Assembly (NCBI GenBank): GCA_963769935.1
Contig: CAVYNY010000013.1
Location: 352,001 to 416,000 of the forward strand
Direction: 5' to 3'
DNA length: 64,000 bases
Source of the DNA: an uncultured delta proteobacterium
GTDB taxonomy: Bacteria; Desulfobacterota; Desulfobacteria; Desulfobacterales; JAFDCJ01
Translations under genes and position numbers: made by a program
In this document: positions 20,707-30,996 of the stretch, piece by piece
Position numbering within the stretch: position 1 is the stretch's first letter
How the letters are laid out: every line of letters starts with the position of its first letter
Notes under the pieces: model-generated
The model's input: only the letters and a program-made list of their open reading frames with translations
Databases searched by the model: none
Told to the model about the DNA's origin: nothing

Positions 20707-20824
20707 ACATTTTCTCCGTAAAACAAAACATCAGCAATTAGGCAGCCGGGCCAAATGAGCCAGGTCTTGCAGGGTTGAGCAAAGATTCCTGGCCCAGAGG
20801 CCAGGCATTGATTTCGCCCCAGCT

Positions 20825-20854
20825 TCCGGCTCGTAGAGCCTACAGCGCGGAGAG
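20825..20854. repeat. Dispersed hairpin repeat, copy 1
   Basis: TCCGGCTCGTAGAGCCTAC...CGGAGAG; the first 19 bp recur exactly at 52811-52829. Confidence 0.8.
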
Positions 20855-21092
20855 AGGGGTTGTTTTTAGCCGTCAGATAACCCATGGAATATGTTTACGG
20901 CACAGCCAATCTTCTCTGACCTGGCCCAGTGGACCAGGTTTTCAATGCTATGATAAATTCGCACCGAAGCTCTTTAGATATCATTTTTCCATGGTATTTA
21001 AAACTCAAATCCGAATCCGACCTTAGATTTCAGCTCGGGCGCCTGCCAAAACAACGGCTGGTCTGATCAAAAAAAACTTTGGTCATGAGCTG

Positions 21093-21150
21093 ACGTAGGG
21101 TCGGCCTCTGCGCCGACCCATATCGGCGGGCACGGAGACCCGCCCTACGT
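21093..21150. repeat. GTAG-type REP doublet
   Basis: ACGTAGGGTCGGCCTCTGCGCCGACCC-atatc-GGCGGGCACGGAGACCCGCCCTACGT: two inverted GTAG-led hairpins. Confidence 0.75.
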
Positions 21151-21236
21151 AAGCGGTCGGAATAAACCAAGTCTCATATGAGTGAATCCAGGCGATTATC
21201 CATTTCCAGTTTATTCAGGGTATTGGGGACGCAACC

Positions 21237-24200
21237 CTATTTATCCATGACCACTCGAACCTCCAACGGTCCGATCTGATCAAGGTGCACATCGCGCTGC
21301 GGGAAGGAAATGCTGACACCGGCCCGCCGGAATTCCTGGTCAACGGTCTGGTTCAGTTTGTGCAGCATCGGCAACCAGTCATTGATGCCGTTGATGAAGA
21401 CCCGCAATTCGAAATTAAGGCTGTTGTCGCCAAAGCTGAGAAACACAGCCTGCGGTTCCGGGTTCCCAAGGACCAATGAATTGGCTTCAGCGGCCTTGAG
21501 CATCAATTTTTCCGCCAGGACGGTATCGGAACCATAAGCGATGCCGATTGGAATTCGGATGCGGATAATATTGTCCGAAAGGGACCAGTTGATCAATCTG
21601 CCGGTGATGAATTCCTTGTTGGGAACGATGAGTTCCTTGCGGTCCCAATCCAGGACGGTTGTCGCCCGAATTCGAATCCGGGTGACGGTGCCGCTGACAT
21701 CCGCGATGGTGACCGTATCTCCGATGCGAAACGGCCGTTCAAAGAGGACAATCAGACCGCAGATGAAATTGGCAACAACCTCCTGCAGGCCAAAGCCGAC
21801 GCCGACGCCCAGGGCGGCAATCAGCCACTGGATACTGGACCATTTAATGCCGATAGCTGTGAATGCGGCCACAATCCCGATAGCGGTAATCGCGTAGTTA
21901 AATATCGTGGAAATTGCATACCGCAACCCGGCATCCATCGGAAACCAGTTCAGCAGGATGATCTCCAACAGGCTGGGCAGATTTTTGGCGGCAACCACGG
22001 TGACGATGACGACAATGACGGCGATCATCAGATCGGCCAGCGTAATCGGCACCATGGTGCGGACGCCGTCTGCCTCACTGCTGTAGCTCCAGAGTTGTAT
22101 TTTCTCTAAAAAGTTCAGCGCCGGCAGTACATTCGCCCAAATCAGCCAAAGCCCGACCAGCGCTGAAAAGAACAGCAGGGTTCGCAGCAAGGCTCTGTTT
22201 TTCTCATAAATTTCATCAAAATTAATTTCCGGCTCCTCGATACCGACGCCTTCACCTTCACCGGCGCTCGCTTGCCCTTCTTTTTCCTGTTTCTCGGCCT
22301 GGGCCTCTGATTTGCGCCTGATTTCCTCGAAGGCCAGCCGGCGCTGGGTGATAAAAAACCAGCGCAGCACAAGATCCTTCACAATAATGAGACCGAGCAA
22401 CAGGGCGATGGTTTCGCCCAATCGCAGGTACAGGGCAAAGGCCGAATAATAGTAGCCCATCACCGCCAGCACCGCCAGTACCAGAGGAACCCCCACGGCC
22501 AGCGGATACCAGATAAACCTCGACCGTACCAGCCAGCCTTCACGACGGCTGCGGGTTAACATCGAAAAAATCTCTCCCGAAAAGCGCAGCATGTAAGCGG
22601 CCCACAGGGAAAATCCCGCCATGAGTACGGTCAGCGCCAGCCGTCCCAGCGAATCCGTATAGTCGGTATCGTTTTTGGTTTGAACGGTGGCGATGATAAA
22701 GCTCATGGCCGTCAACAACGGGATAAACCACTGCAGGCTGAACCGCAAAGCGCGCCTCACGCTCTCCGGCCACTTGAAATGCACTTTGGCAACGCCTGCC
22801 TTCCAGCAAAACTCATACATGAACAGCGCACCGATCACCGTCCGGCCGGCGAAAATGAGACCGTTGCCCACAGCCTGCGTGAAATCCTGCAGCAGCGGCA
22901 AATTCACCAGCTGCCAGCCTGTAAATATCATCAGCAGCGGCCAGCCGAAGGCCACCCGGCCGGTGAGCGCCAGGGCCCGCAATGTCAGACTGAAGGAATC
23001 GGATTTTACGGAGTAGACGCCGCGGGCGACCTGCGACAAGTGCTGGTGGGCCCGCCGCCTCAGGCCCATAAAAGCAAGAGAGGCCAGCAGTGCCAGCATC
23101 CACAGGAAGGGATTGTCCATAAGGGACTGCTGCAAATCCTGCACGGCCAGCCACCAGTTGAACGGACTTAAAAGCCATTGCAGCGCTGCGAGCAAATTGC
23201 GCAGGTCCTGCAGGCCGACACTCTTGGCACTGCGAATCCACAGCAGATGTTCATCCAGAAAACGGGCTTCTTCCTGGGCTTTGACGGCAACCTGCTGCTC
23301 AACAAACTCGAGACTCTGCAGGTTTTTAAATAAGCGCTGGTATTCGGCCTGCAATTTTTTCAACAATTCGCGCCGATCATTGAGCAGACGGCGCAGTTCG
23401 GTTTTCAGTGCTTCGATGTCCGCACCCGGCGGGAGGCTTTCGCTCTGTAAAATGCGATTCATTGCCTGCTCCGGGTCCGCCAGTTCCCGGCGCTGCCGGT
23501 CAAGATCAACTTGAACCGAACGGATTTCACCCATTTGCACCTGGCGCCGATCCGAATCCCGGCGAAAGCTCTCCACACTCGGCAGCCCCCGGCGCTGTTC
23601 GCGCAAAGCGAGTCCTATGGCTTCGGTGTGCATGGGGTATTTAACCTGCTCCTGCGCCAGGGCGAATTCCTCTTCGATTTGCTTCAACTGGTCCTGTTTG
23701 AGCTTCAGTCTGTCAACGACTTCGGCTTCATCGGCAATGACCTTTTCAAGCATCTTGCCCAGTTCGATATTAATATCAAATTGCTTTTGAATGACCGGCG
23801 GCATGCCTACCGCAGTATTTTTGGCCTGCTCGGCAACCTCGCGCTCCTGCTTGGCTGCCAGTTCGCGAGTCCGTTGAACCTCGGCCTGCCAATTTTTAAC
23901 CAGGGCTTCCTGCCGGACAACCTCACGGGCTGCCAGGTCGTGTTCCGCCGAAACAAGGGCCGTCAGGATGTCGTTGTTGGCAAGCCGGCTTTCAAAGGTA
24001 TTGATTTTCGCCGTGATTTGGGACTGTTCGGCCGACAGCGCAACCTGCCGGGTCTTGGCCACCGGCGGCACCTCAGCGGGCCCCGGACCCGCTTTCAATT
24101 CCCCGGATATTTCCTGCAGCCGCTTCCGGTCATTGGCTATTTCCGGCTGCAAATTGGCGGGCTGGTTCTTTAAGGCATTCAACTGGTCGGTCAACTTCTT

Positions 24201-24674
24201 TAGATTGTCGGCGGCACTGGATAAATCCGCCTCCATTTTTCTCAGGCGCTGTTCGAGTTGGTCGGGTTTCAATTTGGCGGCGGCCGCAGCAACATCTTCC
24301 GGCGGCGGCAGGGATCGATCCAGCTCGGCTTCGATGGCCTTGATGCGCTCGGGGGCAGCCTTCACCCGTTGTCTGATATCCTCGGCTTCCTGTCTGAACT
24401 GCTCTTCTCTCTCGCGGAAGATGATCGCGCGATCCAGATAACTCAAAACGTTTTTTTTAACATCGTCTGCCAGATCTCCTGCATTTTCAGCGGCGGACCG
24501 CCACTTTTTCAGCTCATCCAGGCTGATACCGCCGGACGCCCCGGCTTCGATCCCGGAATTGCCGGTTCCGGCAGCGGTTTGAATCTGCTTTTGTGAATAT
24601 GCGCTTTGCGGGAGTGCTGCGACAAAAACGAACACAAGTACGGCCGCCGCCAATTTCAGATATGACTTAACCAT
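21237..24674 (-). CDS. MscK/KefA-like large mechanosensitive channel
   Basis: Signal peptide, long coiled-coil periplasmic region, multi-TM region, MscS core GVGVGFGLQE..ANF..GLI.LFERPFRIGD, PNKEF, FPQRD. Confidence 0.92.
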   Translation of the reverse strand: MVKSYLKLAAAVLVFVFVAALPQSAYSQKQIQTAAGTGNSGIEAGASGGISLDELKKWRSAAENAGDLADDVKKNVLSYLDRAIIFREREEQFRQEAEDIRQRVKAAPERIKAIEAELDRSLPPPEDVAAAAAKLKPDQLEQRLRKMEADLSSAADNLKKLTDQLNALKNQPANLQPEIANDRKRLQEISGELKAGPGPAEVPPVAKTRQVALSAEQSQITAKINTFESRLANNDILTALVSAEHDLAAREVVRQEALVKNWQAEVQRTRELAAKQEREVAEQAKNTAVGMPPVIQKQFDINIELGKMLEKVIADEAEVVDRLKLKQDQLKQIEEEFALAQEQVKYPMHTEAIGLALREQRRGLPSVESFRRDSDRRQVQMGEIRSVQVDLDRQRRELADPEQAMNRILQSESLPPGADIEALKTELRRLLNDRRELLKKLQAEYQRLFKNLQSLEFVEQQVAVKAQEEARFLDEHLLWIRSAKSVGLQDLRNLLAALQWLLSPFNWWLAVQDLQQSLMDNPFLWMLALLASLAFMGLRRRAHQHLSQVARGVYSVKSDSFSLTLRALALTGRVAFGWPLLMIFTGWQLVNLPLLQDFTQAVGNGLIFAGRTVIGALFMYEFCWKAGVAKVHFKWPESVRRALRFSLQWFIPLLTAMSFIIATVQTKNDTDYTDSLGRLALTVLMAGFSLWAAYMLRFSGEIFSMLTRSRREGWLVRSRFIWYPLAVGVPLVLAVLAVMGYYYSAFALYLRLGETIALLLGLIIVKDLVLRWFFITQRRLAFEEIRRKSEAQAEKQEKEGQASAGEGEGVGIEEPEINFDEIYEKNRALLRTLLFFSALVGLWLIWANVLPALNFLEKIQLWSYSSEADGVRTMVPITLADLMIAVIVVIVTVVAAKNLPSLLEIILLNWFPMDAGLRYAISTIFNYAITAIGIVAAFTAIGIKWSSIQWLIAALGVGVGFGLQEVVANFICGLIVLFERPFRIGDTVTIADVSGTVTRIRIRATTVLDWDRKELIVPNKEFITGRLINWSLSDNIIRIRIPIGIAYGSDTVLAEKLMLKAAEANSLVLGNPEPQAVFLSFGDNSLNFELRVFINGINDWLPMLHKLNQTVDQEFRRAGVSISFPQRDVHLDQIGPLEVRVVMDK

Positions 24675-24730
24675 TCCACGCCTTCCGGATCTTTCAGCTA
24701 TACGATTGATAATTATCTGCATCCTGTGGT

Positions 24731-27193
24731 TTAAATCTCTTTTTTTTCAGACTTTCCTTTTTCCTCTTTATCCGCACCAAATTTCTGAATCGCCACTGCC
24801 AGCTCATCCAATTTACGATCGACCAGAAAGTTGATCGTTTCCGCCGGATATTTACCGTCGGTCTGTTTAGCGCCGGCCGGTTTACCGGTCAGGATCTCGA
24901 TGCCCTCATCAATATTTTTAACGGCATAAATTCTGAAACGCCCCTCTTTGACCGCTTCAACCACGTCCTTGCGCAGCATGAGATCCCTGACATTGCTCTG
25001 GGGAATCATGACGCCCTGACTGCCGTTGAGCCCCTTGTGGCGGCAGCAGTCATAGAATCCCTCTATTTTCTGGTTGACCCCGCCGATGGCCTGAACCTCT
25101 CCCTTCTGGTTCACGGAGCCGGTGACGGCGATGTCCTGCCGGATCGGCACCTCCGACAAACTCGATAGCAGGGCGTAGATCTCGGTTGAAGACGCACTGT
25201 CGCCGTCCACCCCGCTGTATGACTGCTCAAAGGCAATACTGGCACTCATGGCCAGGGGTTTGTCCTGAGCATATTTTTTCCGCAGATAACCGCTTAGAAT
25301 CAGCACGCCTTTGTTGTGGGTATTGCCGGACAGGTCGGCCTCGCGCTCAATATTGATGACCCCGGCGCGCCCCATGGAGGTGGAGGCCGTGATGCGGGAA
25401 GGTTTGCCGAACATATAATCGCCCAGTGAGAAAATCGCCAGTCCGTTGACCTGGCCGACGACCTCGCCTTCCGTATCGATCATGAGGCTGCCGCGGTCGA
25501 TCATCTCCTGCAGGCGCTCCTCCACCAGGTTGCAACGGTAGATTTTGGCGTCGATCGCCTGGTCCACATGGCGCTCGCCCACAATCGCATCGCCGGCCTG
25601 ACGGGCCCAGAAATCCGCTTCGCGAATCAAATCCGCAATGGCCGGAAAGGTGGTGGCAATTTTTTCCTGCCGGCCCGTCATCCGTACGGCCTGTTCAACG
25701 AGTGCCGCGGCTGCTGTCCGGTCAAAAGGTTTCAACTGCTCTTCATCCGTGGCCATTTTGATAAATTCCGCAAACTGCTGAATGTTCTGATCGGTATTGG
25801 GCATGGCGGTATCAAAGTCGGCCCTGACTTTAAATATCTTGCCGAGGTCCTCGTCATAATATCCAATCAGCTGGTATAAATAGGCGTCACCGATCAAAAC
25901 GACCTTAACCTTCAAATCAATGGGCTCCGGTTTCAAACCGGTCGTGGTGAAAAAATACATGGGATCGAAGGTCTGAATTTCAAGTTTTTTGCTTTTTAAG
26001 GCACGCTTCAAGGCCTGCCAGACGCCGGGTTCGATAACGGCGTCCTTGAGGTTGAAAACGAGATAGCCGCCGCTGGCCTTCACCAGTGAGCCGGCTTTGA
26101 TCCTGCTGTAATCGGTGCGCCAGACTCCGCTGCGATCGACCACGCGCTCGATGGCGCCGAAAATATTGCGGTAGTTAGGATACTCCTCGATAATAACCGG
26201 TGGACTCTTGCGCTGGCTGTTGTCAACCAGCAGGTTGACCCCGTATGGTTGAAACCTGTCGATCTCGGGCATGATCGCCGGCAGCCCCGGAATTTGAACG
26301 GCACTCTGGGGACTGAATATTTTCAGATTGTCGGCCATGTCTTCCAGCATATCCTGCAGATATTGCTTCACTTTCTCGTTACGAAATTTTTGTATGAGCG
26401 TTGCCGTCAAATCGGAGGCGGTTTTCATGAAGGTTGCGCGATCCATTTTTTCGAGCTTTTGCGCCACCTCCTTTTGTAGGTCTCTTATTTCCAAAAAGAT
26501 TTGATCGATCTGATTTCTCAAGGTGGCATGCTTCTGGCTTATTTCCTCAAATTCCGCTTTGGGAAACCGCCCTTTTTCCACCATTGCCTCGAGCTGTTCA
26601 ATGGGCACCGGCTTGTCGTCAACCAGCGGCATGACGTCCGGCTTTTTGAATTGCCCCATTTGAACGTCGACAATCGCAAACCCCTCTTCCTTTACTTTTT
26701 GATCCAGTGATTTAAAAAAGCCGTTCGCCTGGCGTTCATAGGTTTCCGTAATTTCCTTTTTCATGTTGATGTATTCCTGGCTCTCGAACAATTGCGGAAT
26801 ATCTTTCTGCAGCGTATCGACCAGCCATTTGACATCGCGTTTGAATGTGGATCCGACCCCACCGGGGAGTCGAATTAATATGGGAGTTTCAGGATCTTTG
26901 AAGCAGTTGACGTAGCAAAGATCGTCCGGCGCCTGGTCTTTTTTGGACATCTCCTCCAGCAGCCGTTTGACCGTCGCCATTCGGCCCGATCCCGCGGCGC
27001 CTGTTACGAACACATTATAACCGGGTTTGTCCATATTAATGCCGAACCGAAATGCCTGCACCCCTCGGTGCTGGCCGATGATTTCTTTGAGCGGTTTGAG
27101 ATCGGCGGTTGTTTCAAATGAAAGCCTGGCGGGATCCAGTCGCCATCGAAGTCTATCGACAGGAACCTCTGGGTACGATGTTGCTTGGGACAT
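24731..27193 (-). CDS. LonC-like (S16) protease with degenerate AAA module
   Basis: IIGQHRG, Walker A-like GAAGSGR, GQVNGL, FEQSYSGVDGDSAS (catalytic Ser), IGGVNQKIEGF (catalytic Lys). Confidence 0.9.
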   Translation of the reverse strand: MSQATSYPEVPVDRLRWRLDPARLSFETTADLKPLKEIIGQHRGVQAFRFGINMDKPGYNVFVTGAAGSGRMATVKRLLEEMSKKDQAPDDLCYVNCFKDPETPILIRLPGGVGSTFKRDVKWLVDTLQKDIPQLFESQEYINMKKEITETYERQANGFFKSLDQKVKEEGFAIVDVQMGQFKKPDVMPLVDDKPVPIEQLEAMVEKGRFPKAEFEEISQKHATLRNQIDQIFLEIRDLQKEVAQKLEKMDRATFMKTASDLTATLIQKFRNEKVKQYLQDMLEDMADNLKIFSPQSAVQIPGLPAIMPEIDRFQPYGVNLLVDNSQRKSPPVIIEEYPNYRNIFGAIERVVDRSGVWRTDYSRIKAGSLVKASGGYLVFNLKDAVIEPGVWQALKRALKSKKLEIQTFDPMYFFTTTGLKPEPIDLKVKVVLIGDAYLYQLIGYYDEDLGKIFKVRADFDTAMPNTDQNIQQFAEFIKMATDEEQLKPFDRTAAAALVEQAVRMTGRQEKIATTFPAIADLIREADFWARQAGDAIVGERHVDQAIDAKIYRCNLVEERLQEMIDRGSLMIDTEGEVVGQVNGLAIFSLGDYMFGKPSRITASTSMGRAGVINIEREADLSGNTHNKGVLILSGYLRKKYAQDKPLAMSASIAFEQSYSGVDGDSASSTEIYALLSSLSEVPIRQDIAVTGSVNQKGEVQAIGGVNQKIEGFYDCCRHKGLNGSQGVMIPQSNVRDLMLRKDVVEAVKEGRFRIYAVKNIDEGIEILTGKPAGAKQTDGKYPAETINFLVDRKLDELAVAIQKFGADKEEKGKSEKKEI

Positions 27194-27343
27194 TTTTCCC
27201 TCCTTCTTTGGTCAGCTTCCTGCCGGCGGCCACAGGTTCAAGCTTCACCGGTCAGGGTGCCTTTGTTGAGCGATGTGTCAGCCGGAATATCTCGCAACAG
27301 CGTCGCCCCTGAAATGCGATCCATTGCGCGCTGCTCAGGGCCG

Positions 27344-27790
27344 CTATTTAATTTCAATATTGACGCCCCGGGCTTCAGCCGGCGCGCATTTCGGCAGGAC
27401 AATCTCCAATATTCCATCTTTGTAGGCAGCTTTCACTTCCGCAGTCTTGATGCGGCAGGGAAGCGCAATGGTTCTTGAAAATGATTGCGATCTTTTTGCT
27501 GACCGCTCATAGTTTTCTCCTTTGTCGACGGTGTTCTCGCGTATTTCTCCGCGCAGGGTCAGAGAGTCATCCGTAACCGAAACGCGCATATCTTCCGGCT
27601 TCATGCCCGGCAGTTCGACTCTCAAGGTAACCGTGTTCTGCGTTTCGGACAGGTCCAGCGAAAAAGATTCGGCGGTCTCCACGAGGAAAAGCGGGACCCC
27701 GAATTCCCGGCGGAACCTTTTAAAAAGATGATCCATATCACGGCGCAGCCGGTCGATCTCCTGTTTGCGCCACACGATTAATTCGCTCAT
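27344..27790 (-). CDS. Hsp20/alpha-crystallin small heat shock protein
   Basis: ELPGM, FSRTIALP, AAYKDGILEIVLPK; AGGAGG RBS. Confidence 0.93.
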   Translation of the reverse strand: MSELIVWRKQEIDRLRRDMDHLFKRFRREFGVPLFLVETAESFSLDLSETQNTVTLRVELPGMKPEDMRVSVTDDSLTLRGEIRENTVDKGENYERSAKRSQSFSRTIALPCRIKTAEVKAAYKDGILEIVLPKCAPAEARGVNIEIK

Positions 27791-27839
27791 GGGCAGGCCT
27801 CCTTTGTACGGGTGTTATAGTGAAAACAGACCGGATTGG

Positions 27840-28904
27840 TCATAACCATTTCTTTTTCTTAAACCAGAATATCATTAAGACAAAAATCGTGATCAGCACC
27901 AGCCAGAGCGCAGGGTAGGCCCAGTGCCACTTGAGCTCCGGCATGTATTCGAAATTCATCCCGTAAATGCCGGCAATAAAGGTCAGCGGAATAAAAATGG
28001 TGGCGATGATGGTTAACACCTTCATCACCTCGTTCATGCGGTTGCTGACAGTGGATAGGTACAAATCGGACAATCCGGAAAGCACATCGCGGAATAACTC
28101 GATCGTATCGATGACCTGGATGGTATGGTCGTAAACATCTCTCAGAAAGATATGGGTGGTTTCCCGGATCAGTTCCGACGGGTCCTTTATGAGGCTGTTC
28201 AGAACCTCCCGCAGGGGCCAGACGTGTCTGCGGAGAAAAATCATTTCCCGTTTAAAATGATGGATCTCTTCAAGCATCCGGGGGGTGGTGTTTTTCAGCA
28301 ACTGCTCTTCAAGGAGCTCGATTTTATCGCCCAGCTTCTCCAGGATTACGAAATAGTGATCGACGATGGCGTCCATCAGGGCATAGGCCAGGTAATCACA
28401 GCCGGATTTGCGAATTCGCCCCCGGGCTTTTCGAATCCGTTCGCGCACCAAATCAAACACATCCCCTTCTTTTTCCTGAAACGAGAGCAGAAAATGGGGC
28501 CCCAGCACCAGGCTGACCTGTTCGGCGGTGATGTGCCCGACGGTTTCATCATAAACCAGCATTTTTAGGACGATGTAGATATAATTTTCGAATTCTTCTG
28601 CTTTCGTGCGCTGGCCCGTATTGACGATATCCTCAAGAACCAGGGGATGAATTCCGAAATGGACGCCGATTTTTTCAATGACATCGGTCTCGTGCAGTCC
28701 GTCCACGTTGATCCAGGAAACCGGCGGCGTATCCCGGTAGGGAAATGACGCTTCGATGGCCGGCAGCTGTTTTTCCTGCAAGTTTTCGGAATCATAATTC
28801 ATCAGCGAGATCTTGATCGTTTCAATTTTCTTATCTCCGATATGGACCAGACTACCCGGCGATAGACCGGCTTTTTTCGAGGATTTCTTGGTAAAGCGTG
28901 GCAT
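27840..28904 (-). CDS. corA: Magnesium/cobalt transporter CorA
   Basis: HPLVLED, MKVLTII, GIYGMNF, MPEL. Confidence 0.95.
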   Translation of the reverse strand: MPRFTKKSSKKAGLSPGSLVHIGDKKIETIKISLMNYDSENLQEKQLPAIEASFPYRDTPPVSWINVDGLHETDVIEKIGVHFGIHPLVLEDIVNTGQRTKAEEFENYIYIVLKMLVYDETVGHITAEQVSLVLGPHFLLSFQEKEGDVFDLVRERIRKARGRIRKSGCDYLAYALMDAIVDHYFVILEKLGDKIELLEEQLLKNTTPRMLEEIHHFKREMIFLRRHVWPLREVLNSLIKDPSELIRETTHIFLRDVYDHTIQVIDTIELFRDVLSGLSDLYLSTVSNRMNEVMKVLTIIATIFIPLTFIAGIYGMNFEYMPELKWHWAYPALWLVLITIFVLMIFWFKKKKWL

Positions 28905-28988
28905 TCGAGGTCACCTCATTATTTATGGCTGTGTGTGTCAATTCGGGGCTAACTGCTCTTTAAGCCGGTAAAATCATAAACATTCCCC

Positions 28989-29516
28989 CTATCTTTGCTG
29001 AACGGATAGTAAAAGCTCCCGGCAGCGATTCAGCAGGCTGATGGATGATTGAATAGTCAGGCGCTCTTTGCGGATCAGCGGTGCTTCAAAAAAATTCGGC
29101 GGGAAAATGGTGTAATTGATCTGAATCTGGCGGTACATATTTTCAATTTGCCTGACGGAGTTCTCCAGGCTTTGAATCCTGACATCATAAAACTTGACGC
29201 GGTTTTTCGCTCGCAAATCGATAAACAGCGTCAGCAGATCCCGCTCGTATTCACAGATGGTACTGATGGTGGAGTTGGCCAGCACCGAGGAGAGAAAAAT
29301 ATTCTTTTCCTGGTTGTAGTTTTCGTTGGCACGGGCGGACGCGTCCATCTTCAGCTGGATGTCGCCGAACGCGTCTATCGTCGCCGACAGATCCGCCAGG
29401 GCAGCTTCGAGCTCCGGTCGAACGTCGGCAAACCCGACCGGCGCGCCCGCGACCGGCAGGACCGGTGAAAAGAAATACCAGACGGCCAGAAAAATAAATA
29501 CGAGTTTTCTTTTCAT
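28989..29516 (-). CDS. Hypothetical exported helical protein
   Basis: Signal-peptide-like MKRKLVFIFLAVW...VAGA; start could be 29525. Confidence 0.7.
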   Translation of the reverse strand: MKRKLVFIFLAVWYFFSPVLPVAGAPVGFADVRPELEAALADLSATIDAFGDIQLKMDASARANENYNQEKNIFLSSVLANSTISTICEYERDLLTLFIDLRAKNRVKFYDVRIQSLENSVRQIENMYRQIQINYTIFPPNFFEAPLIRKERLTIQSSISLLNRCRELLLSVQQR

Positions 29517-29712
29517 TTGATGCATCCCCCTCCCATGATGAATTTTCAGCTTCAGTCCCGGCATCAGGTAGTAAAAGACGGAACCGATTTTCCCTTAATC
29601 GGCATCTTATGTCAAGCACAGTCCATGCAAAGCCGGGGAAAGTTAAATCCGAACTTCTACGACTCAGAAAATAAAGTTTTTTTATCAACTCGAATCGGGC
29701 GAACCCCTCACC

Positions 29713-30025
29713 ATGGAAAAATCACGGACATCCATCGTAAAAAAATCACTGGTCTCAGGGATACTCGTGGGAAACTATAAACTCAAGCTGCTGTTGATTT
29801 ACTGCGGTCTTTATCTGGCGGCGGTTTTGTGTGCCAGCGCCCTTAAATACCTGATCAGCTACCTCCAGACGATATTCTGCCGAAGCTTCCCGATATCGAC
29901 CCGATATTTCTCGAAGAAAGTCCGCTGCAGCGGAAAGAATTGAGGAGATGGGAACCTATGATGAGCTGATGGAGAAGAGAGGTTTGCTGTATGAACTGGC
30001 CACGGGGAAAAGCGGATCTAATTAA
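29713..30025 (+). pseudogene. Internally deleted remnant of an ABC exporter (permease + ATPase)
   Basis: 5' part reads like a TM segment (LLLIYCGLYLAAVLCASALKYLISYLQT). 3' part, in another frame, reads GK-IEEMGTYDELMEKRGLLYELA*, a typical ABC exporter C-terminus. Confidence 0.65.
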
Positions 30026-30054
30026 TTGTCTTTTAACCTGACGCGGTTCTGATA

Positions 30055-30996
30055 TTAGACCGGTACGTATCGCAGATAAACGACGAAATTCAGGACAATG
30101 GCCACAAAACACGCCACTACCGGCGTAAAAAACCATCCAATGAATATATTCCTCAGGGTTCGACGGCTCATGGTATTGATGCCTTTAACGATGCCGATGC
30201 CTAATACCGCACCCACGACGGCCTGGGAAGTCGACACGGGCACCCCGACAATGGTGTAAAAATGAACGGTGACGGCCTCAGCCAATATCACGATCAATGC
30301 TGAAAAGGGATCCAGCTGGATGAGTTTCCGGCCGACGGTTTCCATGACGCCCCGGCTGAAAGTCAAAATCCCCAGGGCGATGCTCAAACCGCCCAACAGC
30401 GCCGCCGCAAAAACGCTCAACTGGCCGGCTCCCACAAAAACGGCGGTTACGTTGGCAACATTATTGGCACCCAGCGCATAGGCGGCATACGATCCCGCCA
30501 GGATCAGCGACGCACGCAGAAAGATATCGGAGTTGAACAGGTCGATAGGAAGCCCGTTATAGAGGGCTGCCAGTATTTTGTATATCAAGACGGCCATCAG
30601 CAGGCCCCCGATCGGCGTCCCGACCCAGCACAGGAATACCTTGCTCAGGTCGCCCAGATTCAGCTGACGGTTGATGAATCCGATACCCAGAATGGCACCG
30701 ACAGCGGCCTGTGAAGTAGAAACCGGAAGCCCCAGAAAGGTCATGACGGTCACCGTAACGGCTGCCGATACCGAAGCAACGACCGCTTTTTTTAATGTCA
30801 GACTTGTGATGCCTGCCAGGGTTTCAATGCCGGCCCGTCCTTCCAGGAGCGCTCCCAGCAGGACAAAAATAGAGGCTAAAATGGCAGCCGTCCGGAACTT
30901 GACCATTCTCGATGCCACGGCCGAGCCGAAGACATTGGCAGCGTCATTGGCGCCCAGAGACCATCCCAAAAAAATACCGCCTAAAAGAGAAAGCAT
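30055..30996 (-). CDS. PiT family inorganic phosphate transporter
   Basis: Two signature repeats: GANDAAN / GANNVAN and PVSTSQA twice. Confidence 0.93.
   Translation of the reverse strand: MLSLLGGIFLGWSLGANDAANVFGSAVASRMVKFRTAAILASIFVLLGALLEGRAGIETLAGITSLTLKKAVVASVSAAVTVTVMTFLGLPVSTSQAAVGAILGIGFINRQLNLGDLSKVFLCWVGTPIGGLLMAVLIYKILAALYNGLPIDLFNSDIFLRASLILAGSYAAYALGANNVANVTAVFVGAGQLSVFAAALLGGLSIALGILTFSRGVMETVGRKLIQLDPFSALIVILAEAVTVHFYTIVGVPVSTSQAVVGAVLGIGIVKGINTMSRRTLRNIFIGWFFTPVVACFVAIVLNFVVYLRYVPV

Noticed and set aside
29581..29655. Further GGAA-N7-TTCC sites near the ABC remnant
   Set aside because: Right half-sites are imperfect (TCCC, TCCG) and there is no convincing sigma54 box nearby.
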